Shown: positions 26,111-40,274 of the stretch, one piece after another
Layout of the letters: each line of letters begins with the position of its first letter
How positions within the stretch are numbered: position 1 is the stretch's first letter
Assembly (NCBI RefSeq): GCF_006345805.1
Contig: NC_043003.1
Location: 78,678,001-78,742,000 of the forward strand
DNA length: 64,000 bases
From: Octopus sinensis
Lineage: Eukaryota
Direction of reading: 5' to 3'
The notes under the pieces: generated by a model
Seen by the model: the letters and a program-made list of their open reading frames with translations, nothing else
The model's database searches: none
Told to the model about the DNA's origin: nothing
Translations under genes and position numbers: made by a program

Positions 26111-26563
26111 ACTGACAACGATGATGTTTCCTTCACCACGCGACGTCGACCGCGCGCATGGATGATTGCCAGCGGCAGCTTCTTACTTACCTGCCAGAAA
26201 ATGGGAGCAACGACATTCTCTAGGGGAGGGGTGCATAACACATGGACACGCACATACACTCGCAGTCGATATCGCGACGGCCTTTGCACACGGCAATACG
26301 GCCGACGTCTTCTGACATGCGCGTGTATGTATGTATGTATGTATGTATGTACTCTTTACTCTTTTACTTGTTCCAGTCATTTGACTGCGGCCATGCTGGA
26401 GCACCGCCTTTAGTCGAGCAAATCGACCCCCAGGACTTTATTCTTTGTAAGCCCAGTACTTATTCTATCGGTCTCTTTTGCCGAACCGCTAAGTGACGGG
26501 GACGTAAGCACACCAGCATCGGTTGTCAAGCAATACTAGGGGGACAAACACAGACACTCACAT

Positions 26564-26629
<66 letters not shown>

Positions 26630-26651
26630 TATATGTATATATATATATATC

Positions 26652-26815
<164 letters not shown>

Positions 26816-27329
26816 TACGACAGGCTTCTTTCAGTTTCCGTTCACCAAATCCATTCACAAGGCATTGGTCAGCCCGGGGCTATAGCAGAAGACACTTGCC
26901 CAAGATACCACGCAGTGGGACTGAACCCGGAACCATGTGGCTGGTTAGCAAGCTACTTATCACACAGCCACTCCTGCGCCTATGCCGGTATCTACGACGG
27001 TAACTACGAGTGGTTCTCTCTCTCTCTTTCTTTATACATACACACACATGCCAGTAGAAGTCGGCCGTATTGCCAACACAAAATCTGCTGAGAAAACCGC
27101 TAGATTGCTTTGAATGTTGCTGTTGCATGCAAGCTAGGATTTTATCAATTCAGACCGGGTCAACTGGTTAGATGATCTGATATTGAAAAACACAAAATCC
27201 CCAACGATCCTCGGGACAATTCAATGATGCATAGATGTATCTTAGAACGCACAAAGCACGCACAAGCATCTTACACACACACACACACACACACATACAT
27301 GCGATCTTACATGTGTGTACATGTATATA

Positions 27330-28506
27330 CGCGGGGGTACCCCCAAAAAACCGGAATTTTGCAATATTTTATTCACTGAGTTTTACATGTTTACACTTTT
27401 ATCGCTTTCAAAGTATTTTCTATTTGAAGCAATGCATCGGTCCAGACGCGTTTTCTACTGTTCGAAGCAGTTCTGGAAATCTTGCGAAATGGTGCCTTTT
27501 AACATCTCCATTTTTTTTCTCTTTTGACCTCCTCCACATCTGCAAAACGTTTTACTGTAAAAACGTTTTTTCATTCAGGGGACTATGATCGGGCGAATAG
27601 GGAGGGTTGATAAGCAGGGGCATGTTTTAGAACTGCCAAGTAAAGTACCTGGTTAACAGTTTGATCAGGAAGAACAAATTCTGTGTGGACAATTCCTTTT
27701 ACATCAATAAAACAAATCAGCATTGTTTTGACACTGGACTTCACTTGACGTGCTGTTTTGGGGCATGGTGACATCGAATGCTTCCACTGACTTGATTGCT
27801 GCTTCGTTTCCGGGCTGTTGCCATAACACCAGCTTTCGTCACCAGTGATAACCTTCGGAAAAAGGTCCGGATCAAATTCTAGCTGATCTTTCAGCTCACG
27901 ACAAGCATTCAATCGCGACTGTTTTTGATCGTCCGTGAGGAAGCGAAGCACAGATTTTGTTGCAACTCTTTTCATTCGCAATTCATCGCTCAAAATCCGT
28001 TGGCAGGAGCTCCAGGACATACCAGTCATATCAACAAGTTGACCAATTGTTCGGCAACGGTCCTCCAAGAATAGTTCGTGAATTTTCGTGATGTTTTCGT
28101 AATTTCGATAGGTTGACGGGCGCTCTGAACGAGGTTGGCCTTCAAGCAACAAGTGACCGTTCCTAAAGCATGAAAACGTCTTGTAAACTTGTGTTCTGCT
28201 CATGGCAGCGTCCTTGTAGGCTGTCTGATGCAGGATAACTGTTTCGACCGCCGTTTTCCCCGACAGAAAACAGAATTTCACAGAAACACGCTGTTCTTTC
28301 GTTTCAGCCATCGCAAATATCGACGAACAGGAAGGAAGCACTGTAAAACAAAGACACATCATGTGGCAGAACGACATCACTAGACGACTTCGTTTGGCAA
28401 ACTAATGTCTGAGGGTCGCATCAAATGGTTTCTAGCGGCAGAATCCTGAACTACAATGGGCTTGTCCCACAGAGAACGTTTCCGGTTACTTTTGGGTACC
28501 CTCTTG
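27330..28506 (-). mobile_element. mariner transposon relic (irritans/Hsmar2-like), internally deleted
   Basis: TA-flanked TIRs (cgcgggggtacccccaaaaaaccggaa / ttccggttacttttgggtaccctcttg). ORF 27583-28380 has EQRVSVKFCF, RSERP and ITGDESW. The HHDNA segment (second catalytic Asp) is deleted and the YSPDLAP region is disrupted. Confidence 0.92.
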
Positions 28507-28574
28507 TATGCATTAATGTATATGTATATGCATGTGTGTGTGTGTATGCATATATGTACACACACACACACACA

Positions 28575-28605
<31 letters not shown>

Positions 28606-29432
28606 CACATTCACACATGCATGTATAAGGCGGTGCCCAGGCATGATTGGAGTCCATCGAGTGAAACGTCAAAAAGAATAAAATACTAAAACATGTATGT
28701 CATTAATTTTTATTTCAAGATTTCTTGCCAATAGAGAAAGAGCCGGTTTCTAACCTAGATCCAATGCCCCTTCATTGGAATTTCAACATCAGCGGGGTAT
28801 TTTTGTATGTATGTATGTATGTATGTATGTATGTATGTATGTATGTATGTATGTATGTATGCCTGCATGTATGTATGTATGTATGTATGTATGTATGTAT
28901 GTATGTATGGATGGATGGATGGATGGATGGATGGATGGATGGATGGATGTATATGTATGTACGTGTGCTTGTGAGTCTGTGTTGTGTGTGTGTGTGCATA
29001 GTTGTGTGTGTTTATGCGTTTATATTATCATTTCGCAAGGCGGCGAGCCGGCAGAAACGTTAGCACGCCGGGCGAAATGCTTAGTGGTATTTTGTCTGCC
29101 GTTACGTTCCGAGTTTAAATTCCGCCGAGGTCGACTTTACCTTTCATCCTTTCGGGGTCGATAAATTAAGTACCAGTTACACACTGTGGTCAATATAATC
29201 GACTCATCCCCTTCCCCCAAATTTCAGGCCTTGTGCCTATAGTAGAAAATAAATGTATTATCATATAGGCACAGGCGTAGCTGTGTGGTAAGAAGCTTGC
29301 TTACCAACCACATGGTTCCGGGTTCAGTCCCACTGCGTGGCACCTTGGGCAAGTGTCTTCTACTATAACCTCGGGCCGACCAATGCCTTGTGAGTGGATT
29401 TGGTAGACGGAAACTGAAAGAAGCATGTCGTA

Positions 29433-29465
<33 letters not shown>

Positions 29466-29689
29466 GTGCGTGTGTGTGCGTGTTTCTGTGTCTGTGTTTG
29501 TCCCCCAAGCATTGCTTGACACCGATGCTGGTGTGTTTATGTCTCCGTCACTTAGCGGTTCGGCAAAAGAGACCGATAGAATAAGTACTGGGCTTACAAA
29601 GAATAAGTCCCGGGGTCGAGTTGCTCGACTAAAGGCGGTGCTCCAGCATGGCCGCAGTCAAATGACTTAAACAAGTAAAAGAGTAAAAG

Positions 29690-30250
29690 TATCATTTCGT
29701 GTTCGTCGTTTGACGCTCTCATGGACACGTCGCCACCAATCCTGCACCAATCTTAACATTTTACAGACAGCTGGAGCCTATTCTCAGATATCTCTCCACA
29801 ATTTTCATCTCGCCTATCCACTTCATGGATGGTCTTCCTTCTCTCTTGAACTGTTATATTTATTTTTAATATCATCTCATAACATGACCAAACTATTTCA
29901 TGACCAAACTATAAGAACAATAATTTAAAATACAAAAGAATAAAATCTTTGTGTTTGGGCTAATTGTTCTTCTTCCCAACTCAAATTATCTGGCAGCACG
30001 TTTCGTATGCATCAATTTCCTTTCTTATTATGTTTGTCAATTGTCCAACTTCCGTACATATACATCGTTATAGGATATCCCAAGATGTTTTCAACAAACT
30101 CTACTTTGTTCTTTGAGACACTCCTTAATCGTTCATAAATATCTATAGTTCTATCATAGCAGTCTTTTCCCACAGTTATTCTTCTTATTTCGTTTGAGTA
30201 TCTCTCATCTCTTTCAACTTTGGACCTCAGAAAAATAAACTGAACCTTTA
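29690..30250 (-). mobile_element. RTE LINE 3' fragment, decayed
   Basis: Remnant REGRPSMKW and RTE-like C-terminal residues with many stops. Confidence 0.55.
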
Positions 30251-30654
30251 CTTCTACTGCCTGGTCACGATTTTAAAGTCAATAACTAGACTTTTAATTT
30301 TTAAATCAATAACTAGACTTTTAATTTCTTTTTTCTTTCAATCTTAAGGCGGTGAGCTGGTAGAATCGCTAGCACGCCAGGCAAAATGCGTAGCGGCTTT
30401 TCGTCCGTCTTCACTTCTGCGTTCAAAATCTGTCGAGGTCAACTTGCCTTTTATCCTTTCGGGATCGATGAAATATGTACCACTTGATTCCTGGAGTCGA
30501 TGTGATAGACTTAATCCCTCCATCGAAATTTCTGGCCTTGTTTCAAGATTTGAAACCAATATCTTCTTTCAAATTAAGGCGGCGAGCTGTTTATACGGGT
30601 ATTTTATCCCTTACGGTTTTGGTCGGCCCGAGGCTGCAGTAGAAGACACTTTCC

Positions 30655-31817
30655 CAAGACTGAACTCGGATGATATTTTGCCATCTTTCTGACAACTTCA
30701 TGGTTCCGCGCTCATAGAACTTCTGATCCTTGTCAGCCAAAAACTGAAACAAGTGCGATTTCAGGTCATCATCATCATTATTGAAAGTTCTACCGGTGAA
30801 AGAATTTTGCAAACTTCGAAATAAATGGTAATCTGATGGTGCAACGTCAGGACTATATGGTGGGTGGGACATCACTTCCCATCCAATAATTTTTCACTCG
30901 CAAAGATGTGTGTGGTCTAGCGTTTTTACGGTGGAACACGGTTCCTTTACAATTTGCAAATTCTGGCCGTTTTTCTTTGATTGCTTCCCTCCAGTTTCAT
31001 TGGTTGTTGATAGTAAACATCAGAATTGATCGTTTGGTTCTTTGGAAGCAGCTCAAAATGCACAATACCTTTGTAATCGCAACAAATTGACAGCATGACC
31101 TTTTTCTGATGCAATTTAACTATCGATGTGGTTTATGCTGGTTCATTACACCTGGACCATGATCGTTTTCGATTGATGTTATTGTAGACAATTCATTTTT
31201 CATCATCAGTGAGGATTCGTTTCATTGCGTTTGAGATATATATCGCAAATATTGATTCGTTGTGTTGAGTGAATCTCGTTCAATTTATGTAGAACCTAAA
31301 TATCGTGCTCCTTAATGAGTCTAAGACATTTTAAGTGATTTCCAATTGTGTGTGATACATTTAACCCCTCTGCAATCTCTCGCTCAGTTATATGACAATC
31401 AGATTCAATTATGGCTTTGATTCGGTCATCACCAACTTCAGTAGGTCGACCAGAACGTTGGTCATCTTTGAGTGAAAAATCTCCAAAACGGAATTTTAAA
31501 AACAATTTCTGACGTGCGTTCAGTTAAGCAATCAACATCTTAAACTTCACATATCTCTTTCGTGAGCCTCAGCAGCTTTCTTGGCTTGAGGGAAATAAAA
31601 TAGGAAAATATGGTGAAAAATGTTCCTTTTGAACTCCCTGTTAAAATTGACACTGAACTAACAGCTGTAAACAAAATTTCGCGCAATTTGCTTCTAAAGT
31701 AAGCTAAAAGTAACAGCTATCAAACGTCAAAAGGAAAAAAATCATCACATTTTCAAAATTCATCAAAGCAATCGTAACTCTATTCGCGAAAAACGAAATT
31801 ACTTTCTTACCAACCCA

Positions 31818-31818
<1 letters not shown>
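30655..31818 (-). mobile_element. Second mariner relic (Mos1/mellifera-like); 3' TIR lost
   Basis: 5' TIR ttgggttggtaagaaagtaat at about 31798-31818. Remnants FGDFSLKDDQRSGRP and HPPYSPDVAPSDYHLFRSLQN...FYERGTMKLSERWQ, with frameshifts. Confidence 0.88.
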
Positions 31819-31898
<80 letters not shown>

Positions 31899-31899
<1 letters not shown>

Positions 31900-32965
31900 A
31901 ATATGGTAAAGTAAAAGAATTCACTTTACCACACACCGAACTTTTCAGAAATAGCAGCCAAAAATTTGGCTATTTCTTCAACTGCAAATAAAAGTCTCCA
32001 GACAATGCATACTCAGAAAAATAACTCACATAGGTATAAGGGAAAAAACAATGAAAGATCACATCCATATACGATACCCGAGGACAGTCTGTTTCTGGAT
32101 TTGTGGGTAAAACGCCACTTTTCCTTCATCAGCTCAGAGATTTCTTCTGATTTAGATTTGAAAATACTAAGAATCAAACATACCCGTCCGATATCTGTAA
32201 CATCGGACAAACCATGTCAGACACCCAGTACTAGCGAATCCAAAAATACGAATGAGATCTATTATTCTCCCTGTCCACCCACGTGAGTCATAGAGCATTA
32301 CATTTTTGGTTGCTATTTCTGAAAAGTTCGGTGTGTGGTAAAGTGAATTCTTTTACTTTACCATATTTTTATAAATTAATACTTCAAATATACCGTAAAT
32401 GGTCTTTACATACCGAATACTGCTTGGTCGAATCTATTAACAATTAATTAATTCGACCCCCCTTTTTTGATAACAATAACAATATAATGCTTTCTCTCCA
32501 AGAATTTGAACTGCAGTTTTTACCTCTGTAGAAATGTAATGCTCTATGACTCACGTGGGTGGACAGGGAGAATAATAGATCTCATTCGTATTTTTGGATT
32601 CGCTAGTACTGGGTGTCTGACATGGTTTGTCCGATGTTACAGATATCGGACGGGTATGTTTGATTCTTAGTATTTTCAAATCTAAATCAGAAGAAATCTC
32701 TGAGCTGATGAAGGAAAAGTGGCGTTTTACCCACAAATCCAGAAACAGACTGTCCTCGGGTATCGTATATGGATGTGATCTTTCATTGTTTTTTCCCTTA
32801 TACCTATGTGAGTTATTTTTCTGAGTATGCATTGTCTGGAGACTTTTATTTGCAGTTGAAGAAATAGCCAAATTTTTGGCTGCTATTTCTGAAAAGTTCG
32901 GTGTGTGGTAAAGTGAATTCTTTTACTTTACCATATTTTTATAAATTAATACTTCAAATATATAT
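31899..32965. mobile_element. Penelope-like pseudo-LTR structure: 407-bp inverted arms with a hammerhead motif in each
   Basis: 31899-32305 is the reverse complement of 32532-32938 (paired coordinates sum to 64837; the ORF translations are identical). 32306-32390 directly repeats about 32876-32960. Both sides are flanked by (TA)n. Confidence 0.75.
32700..32759 (+). ncRNA. Type I hammerhead motif (mirror copy at 32078-32137, minus strand)
   Basis: CTGAG-CTGATGA-A-GGA..GTGG..CCAC..TCC-A-GAAA-CA(GAC)TG-TC-CTCGG with a GUC cleavage triplet. An extra A on each side of stem II deviates from consensus. Confidence 0.6.
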
Positions 32966-33858
32966 ATATATATATATATTAAGGTATGTAGAAAAATACA
33001 ACATGGACAAGAACGTATAACTCATAGAAGACGATACAATAAACAAGGACAGGACATTCGAACCCCTCAGTCTTCAGTCAAGAACCGGATCATCGTAGTA
33101 ATTTCGGCTGATTAATATATATATTGTTGTATTTGGGGATGATATTTTTTTTCATTTTACCAAATACACACACACACACACACACACACAGAGAAAGAGA
33201 GAGGTGCAGGTGTGGATGTGTAGTAAGAAGTTTGTTTCCCGACTTCATTGTTACGGGTTCAGTCCCACTCTGTAGCATCTTGGACAAGTGTTTTCTTTTA
33301 TTACCTCAGGCTGACCAAGGCCATGTGAGTGGATTTCGTCAACTGTGTGTATGTGTGTGTGTATGTGTCGTTATATCTGTGTTTGTCTCCCATCCTCCGA
33401 CCGTTTGACAACCGGCGCTGGTGTGTTTGCGTTCTTATAACCTAACGGTTCAGCAAAAGCGACCGTTAGAATATTTACCAGTACTTTTGAAAAAAAATGT
33501 ACTGAGGTCGATTAGTTCTTCTAATATTCTTCAAGGTGGTGTTCCAGCATGGCCACAGTCTAATGACTGAAACAAAAGTAAAAAAAATATATGCATGCAT
33601 TTATGTATGTATGTATGTATGTATGTATGTATGTATGTATGTATGTATGTATGTATGTATGTATGTATGTATGTATGTATGTATGTATGTATCTGTCTAA
33701 CAATCAATAAATCAATCAATATATATGTGTATGTGTGTGTGGGTGGACGTATTAATCGATTGATAGAGAAATTACATGCCTGTATCTCTAGCAATCGATC
33801 AATATGTTCACTCACAAACGCACGAGTTTCATACATATATTTGCATACACACACTTAC

Positions 33859-33902
<44 letters not shown>

Positions 33903-34255
33903 ATACACTGCCGGGTTTAGGACAAAATGAAGCCCTGTGCTAGTTAAGTTATGAGGCCCCCTTACTTAAGAAGGCCCTTACTTGGCCCCTTTATGTTAAA
34001 AAAATTGCGTGTAGAAGCGTTCACATTACTCTTCACTCTTTTACTTGTTTCAGTCATTTGACTGCGGCCATGCTGGAGCACCGCCTTTAGTCGAGCAAAT
34101 CGACCCCGGGACTTATTCTTTGTAAGCCCAGTACTTATTCTATCGGTCTCTTTTGCCGAACCGCTAAGTGACAGGGAGGTAAACACACCAGCATCGGTTG
34201 TCAAGCAATGCTAGGGGGACAAACTTAGACACACAAACCCATACACACATACATA

Positions 34256-34289
<34 letters not shown>

Positions 34290-34646
34290 CGACAGGCTTC
34301 TTTCAGTTTCCGTCTACCAAATCCACTCACAAGGCATTGGTCGGCCCGGGGCTATAGCAGAATACACTTGCCCAAGATGCCACGCAGTGGGACTGAGCCC
34401 GGAACCATGTGGTTGATTAGCAAGCTACTTACCACACAGCCACTCCTGCGCCTATATTAATGATTTCACTTTTATAACTTTTAGGAAAAACATTTGAAGG
34501 TTTTAACATTTGAATAATTCATCGAAAAAAACATGTGAGAGCAGTCAGATGGTCCCCCGCTCCCACTCCTGGTCAGCGGGGCCCTGTGCTTAAGCACACC
34601 AAAGCACAATGGTAAATCCAGCACTGCACACACGCGCGCGTAGATA

Positions 34647-35166
34647 CCGTAAGTTCTCGAGTATAGTCCGTCCTTGAGTATAATACGTAGGGGATTTTTA
34701 GGGGGCTGTACCTCTGAAAAAAAAAAAACCTTGTGTATAATACGCACCTTTTCTCTAACTTGATCCAGGAGGTCTATATAATGTCCTTGGTTTGTAAAAC
34801 AGTATATGGTAACGTCCTTTATTGTTATTGTATATATAACATAATGCAAATGTGTAGCTTTTTTGTGCATTTTGTTTGCAGGAAATAAAGAAATAACAGT
34901 AATCAGTAATAACGTTTAATAAATGTTGCTTACTGCAAGTTATGGATGATTTTTTTATGACTTCATTGCTTTCAGGCTTAGCTTAATGTATTTTCGCGCC
35001 CGACCTCACAAAATGCGTCTGAATAAACATTGCCGGGCAGCAAATAGAGACTCGGACATTGCTTAGAAAATAATTTTCATTTTTAACCTCGTGTATAATA
35101 CGCACTAGGAATTTTGACCTTTAAATTTTGGGGGAAAAAATGCGGATTATACTCGAGGATTTACGG
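34647..35166. mobile_element. pogo/Tigger-like MITE
   Basis: TA-flanked TIRs ccgtaagttctcgagtatagtccg / cggattatactcgaggatttacgg. Internal direct repeat gtgtataatacgcac. Confidence 0.8.
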
Positions 35167-35740
35167 TACTTAAGCGTGTTCTCTGTTTGTGGCGTTTTCT
35201 GTGCAAGGGAGAGAAGCGATGAAAGAATATTTTCTCCTCCCGTTTTTGGAAATTAACTTTTTAAAAAAATAGCATCGTGATTCTGCTATTATTTTAAATA
35301 TTTAATTAAATTTCATCTTCAGCATTTAATTTCTCTTTATTTGCAGACAGCTGAATCGACACTTCGTATAATCTTGTGTGTAATATGTCTCAAAGAATTA
35401 AGTCTCTGTATTAATTAACCATGCTCTATTTGACAATGAATGTTAAAAAGAAGAAGAAAAAGTAGATAAGAATATTTGATAAAATGATTTGATAAAAATC
35501 GATAAAATCGATAAAAGTAGAAAAAAATAGTTTACAAAAACCGATAGCTTTTCTTTGGTTTCAAATCGGATAGGAAAAGAAAAGGTGTATATAACTGATT
35601 AAATGATTAGAACATGCATAATATATCTTCTCTCTGCAAAGGGATTCGGGTAATACAAAAGATCGCCTCTGAGTCAGGCAAATAATTCGGAAATAATGGC
35701 AAATGATTTTGGTTTCAATCGTTGTGCGCGCGCGCGCGTG

Positions 35741-35818
<78 letters not shown>

Positions 35819-35914
35819 TGTATCCTCTTCGATCTGTTGTTCTCCGCCTACAAGCGCGTGCTACTCTAAGTTTCTGGAGGAGAGCCCTCCCCTAAACATA
35901 TTATGTTTAAACAG

Positions 35915-36295
35915 GAGTCCGGACAAAACTTCATTAGGACAAAATCCTACAAGCACAAAACTTCATTAGGACAAAATCCCACAAGCACAAAACTCCACTA
36001 GGACAAAATCCTTCAAGAGGAAGACCATGGAGGAATTTCTGAATGGTGTAAGACACAGCATCAGGTTGTAGTAAAATGAACTTTAAATGAACTTCAACAC
36101 TTAATGATGTTTTCAATATTTTATTTGTTTTAATTTTTCAAAGATACAGTATGATATTCTTTTTACTATGCTCATTGTTGTGATTGATGTAATAGTTTAA
36201 CCCAGTTATAGGGGTTTCGTCCTCCGGGATGTTTTTCCTCGGTTTTTAAAATTTTTTTAATGGGTTATGTCCTTGTGGAGTTTTGTCCTACACTC
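35915..36295. mobile_element. MITE-like element with subterminal ggacaaaa tandem repeats
   Basis: Left array of ~15-16-nt units (ggacaaaa/gcacaaaa) and inverted ttttgtcc units on the right. Ends gagt...actc. No clear TSD. Confidence 0.5.
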
Positions 36296-36789
36296 GTCTT
36301 GATAAGAGATGGAAGAATACTTTCCATAAATGTGCTGCTTCTAAATAAACGACGGGATGGCAACACTTGCAACAACAGTGATCATAGGTCTTTTGGACGA
36401 GAGGTGATCTATGATCAACGTTATCCCAGCCATGACCATCCAATCCTTTATTCGGATGAAGTGCATTTAGGACTATATTATGTAGCATATCCCTCTTTGT
36501 TATTTATTAGCCGCTGGTCTGCATTAATCCAAATGCCTATGCTCAAAGACTTCCAGCCGTGACCTTCCTATAATTTATCTTAATACAGTTTATATGAAGC
36601 TATATGATACAATATATCGTTCGTTTTTAAAGACAGAAATATGTACAGTATGTGTAATTTGACTGCTATTTCTAGCAGCTCAAGCAACTACATTCAAGCT
36701 CTAGCGTCCTAATAGTTTATTTTTAAATATCCTTCGCTTTGTAACCATGAGGTCCCGGACTCGATCCCACTGCGTGGCAGCTTGGGCAC

Positions 36790-37430
36790 ATGTCATTTTC
36801 TTATTTCTTTACTGCCCACTAGGGGTTACAGACAGAGGGGACAAACAAGGACAGACAAACGGATCAAGTCGATTATATCGACCCCAGTGCGTAACTGGTA
36901 CTTATTTAATCGACCCCGAAAGGATGAAAGGCAAAGTCAACCTCGGCGGAATTTGAACTCAGAACGTAGCGGCAGACGAAATACCTATTTCTTTATTACC
37001 CACAAGGGGCTAAACACAGAGGGGACAAACAAGGACAGACATAGGTATTAAGTCGATTACATCGACCCCAGTGCGTAACTGGTACTTAATTTATCGACCC
37101 CAAAAGGATGAAAGGCAAAGTCGACCTCGGCGGAATTTGAACTCACAACGTAACGCAGACGAAATACCGCTAAGCATTTCGCCCGGTGTGCTAACGTTTC
37201 TTATTTCTTTATTGCTCACAAGGGGCTAAACATAGAGGGGACAAACAAGGACAGACAAACGGATTAAGTCGATTATATCGACCCCAGTGCGTAACTGGTA
37301 CTTATTTAATCGACCCCGAAAGGATGAAAAGCAAAGTCGACCTCGGCGGAATTTGAACTCAGAACGTAACGGCAGACGAAATACGCTAGGCATTTCGCCC
37401 GGTGTGCTAACGTTTCTACCAGCTCGCCGC
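36790..37430 (-). mobile_element. SINE family B tandem multimer (~3 units)
   Basis: Head aaggcggcgagctggcagaaacgttagc appears once and the ~180-bp body repeats head-to-tail. The central gcctttcatcctttcggggtcgataaat.aagtaccag resembles Sauria/Meta-type SINE domains (from memory). Similar multimers at about 38000-38400, 52195-52812 and 60950-61190. Confidence 0.85.
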
Positions 37431-39730
37431 CTTCATGTCATTTTCTATAGCCTCAGATCCATTCATAGCTCATGACCGAAACTGGTATTGAAGCCTATCT
37501 GCTAGGATGTAGCCGTATGTGAAACGGTAGAGCTTTGTCACTCTGTGAGACGCTGATTTTGCCTGAAATTTACGTCAAGAATACACACATGCCTATGGAA
37601 TGATCAGCTAGAACCCTTTGGGGCATTTCCTAGTTCAGAGCTGATTTGTGGATAAATAGCAACAATAATGACAAGGAAGAATAGCGTAAATACTTTGTGT
37701 GAATAAAAACTAGGATGGTCACAACAACAACATGTAAAAACAGCATCCCTCCGGCCCACCAATACAATAACACTATGTAACAATTTCTTATTTTTGTTTT
37801 TGGTCAGTAAGTGTTATTTCCTTTTAGCTCCTATCTAGAAATCAAACGAAACGACTACTCTTTCCTTCAAATTTTGCTTCTGTGACTTAGACATCGATGT
37901 TTTGGAACTAACCTATTTTTCATTACGTTTCAGATAGATTCAGCGCTGAGTTGTTGGAACAGAAATATCCATTTTTTTTTCTAGTCTAGGCACAAGGCCT
38001 AAAGTTTTTGGAGAGGTGGGGCCAGTCGATTAGATTGACCCCAGTACGCAACTGGTACTTAATTTATCGACCCCGAAAGGATGAAAGGCAAAGTCAACCA
38101 CGGCGGAATTTGAACTCAGAACGTAGCGACAGACGAAATACCGCTAAGCATTTCGCCCGGTGTGCTAACGTTTCTTATTTCTTTACTGCCCACAAGGGCT
38201 ACACATAGAGGGAACAAACAAGGACAGACAAACGGATTAAGTCGATTACATCTACCCCAGTGCGTAACTGGTACTTATTTAATCGACCCCCGAAAGGATG
38301 AAAGGCAAAGTTGACCTCGGCGGAATTTGAACTCAGAACGTAATGCTGCTAAGCATTTCGCCCCGTGTGCTGACGATTCTGCCAGCTCGCCGCCATCTTG
38401 AAATAGAAATATCGTTGTAGCAAATATTCTACTCAATATCACAGATTTGCTTGTCAGTTGTTTGGCCTTAACCACTTTGGGGTTTGAATAAATGGAACAG
38501 AAGCAAAGTTTGACGAAAATATTAGCCATGTTTCATACTTCCTACGGATAAGCAAATAGGAAGTAACAGTTGTTACTCAAAGACAAAATCGTGATACATA
38601 ATGTATTCAGTGGCGACACTACGAGGAGTTTAAGTGAAGATCGAATGTCTCTATGGATCCGCTATCCTATTGCATGCCATGAGACCCTAAAGAGATAGAA
38701 CTGACGTATGTGAAACCGTATAGCCTTGTCACACAGCGCCTCAAACACCACAGTCGCCGGCACCTTCACCGCATCCACCTCCACCACATCCACCTTCGCC
38801 GCATCCACCTCTGCCGCTGCCTCTACCGCCGCCGCAGCCGCCACCTCCATCGCCGCCATATACACTGTCGCCACGCCGCCACCATCGTCCCTGCCGCTGC
38901 CATCGCCGCCACTCTCGACATCGTCGCCGCCGTCGCCATCGCCCACGCCTTCTCCATCACAGCCACCGTCGCCATCGCCGTCGCAATCGTCGTCGCTATC
39001 GTTGCCACCATCGCCGCTGCCACGACGACGACGCCCACCTACACCACCACCACAACAACAACAACAAACAAGAAAAATAACACAAATTATGACATGAGCC
39101 GACCAGAAGACTCTAGGTCAGTTATAGGCAACTTGCGACCCGCGGGGGCTTTCTGAATGGCCTGCCTAAAGAAAAATTACCTGGAATTTATTTATAGCGC
39201 AACCCACCAGACGATGAACCATGTCGCATGCTACCTGCTTCTCAAAATGTCGTCTATACCTGAAGCAGTCAATCAACCTGTTGGAAACAGCAACAAAACC
39301 TCCCCTGAGTCATTCCCTACTACAATGGTTCTCAACCAGTTCTTACCCACGACATTCTTTTATAACTATTTCAATCTGTTGGCTCTCAAGAAATATTTTC
39401 AAAGAAATTTCTTTCAAAATTCTGAATCTGTGGTCGAAAATATGCTAAACTAAGTTAGACATTACAGAAAAAAAACCTGTTTTTCTTTTTTTTTTTTTTG
39501 CAATACTCTTTACTCTTTTACTTTTTTACTTGTTGAAGTCATTTGACTGTGGCCATGCTGGAGCACCGCCTTTAGTCGAGCAAATCGACCCCCAGGACTT
39601 ATTCTTTGTAAGCCTAGTACTTATTCTATCGGCCTCTTTTGCCGAACCGCTACGTTACGAGGACGTAAACACACCAGTATCGGTTGCCAAGCGATGATGG
39701 GAGGACAAACACAAACGCACAAATACGTAC

Positions 39731-39773
<43 letters not shown>

Positions 39774-39973
39774 TATGTATGTATATATATATGTGGTAAA
39801 TAGCTTACTTACCAACCACATGGTTCCGGGTTCAGTTCCACTGCGTGGTACCTTGGGCAAGTGTCTTCTATAGTTCCAGGCCGACCAAAGCGTTGTGAGT
39901 AGATTTGGTAGACGGAAACTGAAAGAGGCCCGTCGTATATCGATGTGTGTATGTGTGTGTGGTGTGTGTGTGT

Positions 39974-40025
<52 letters not shown>

Positions 40026-40210
40026 TCTCCCAACCGTCGCTTGAAACCGATGCTGCTGTGTTAACGCCTTTGTAACTTAGCAGTTTAGGAAAAGAGACCG
40101 ATAAAATAAGTATTAGGCTTACAAAGAATAAGTCCTGGCATCGATTTGTTCCAGCATAGCTACAGTCAAATGACTGAAACAAATAAAAGTATTTGTGTGC
40201 ATACATACAT

Positions 40211-40274
<64 letters not shown>

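Noticed and set aside
31966-32286. Identical 106-aa ORFs on opposite strands (also 32551-32871)
   Set aside because: A by-product of the inverted repeat, with a non-ATG start and no protein signature.
35920-36010. Regularly spaced repeats that might suggest a CRISPR array
   Set aside because: The ~15-16-nt units have no unique spacers, the context is eukaryotic, and inverted counterparts indicate MITE subterminal repeats.
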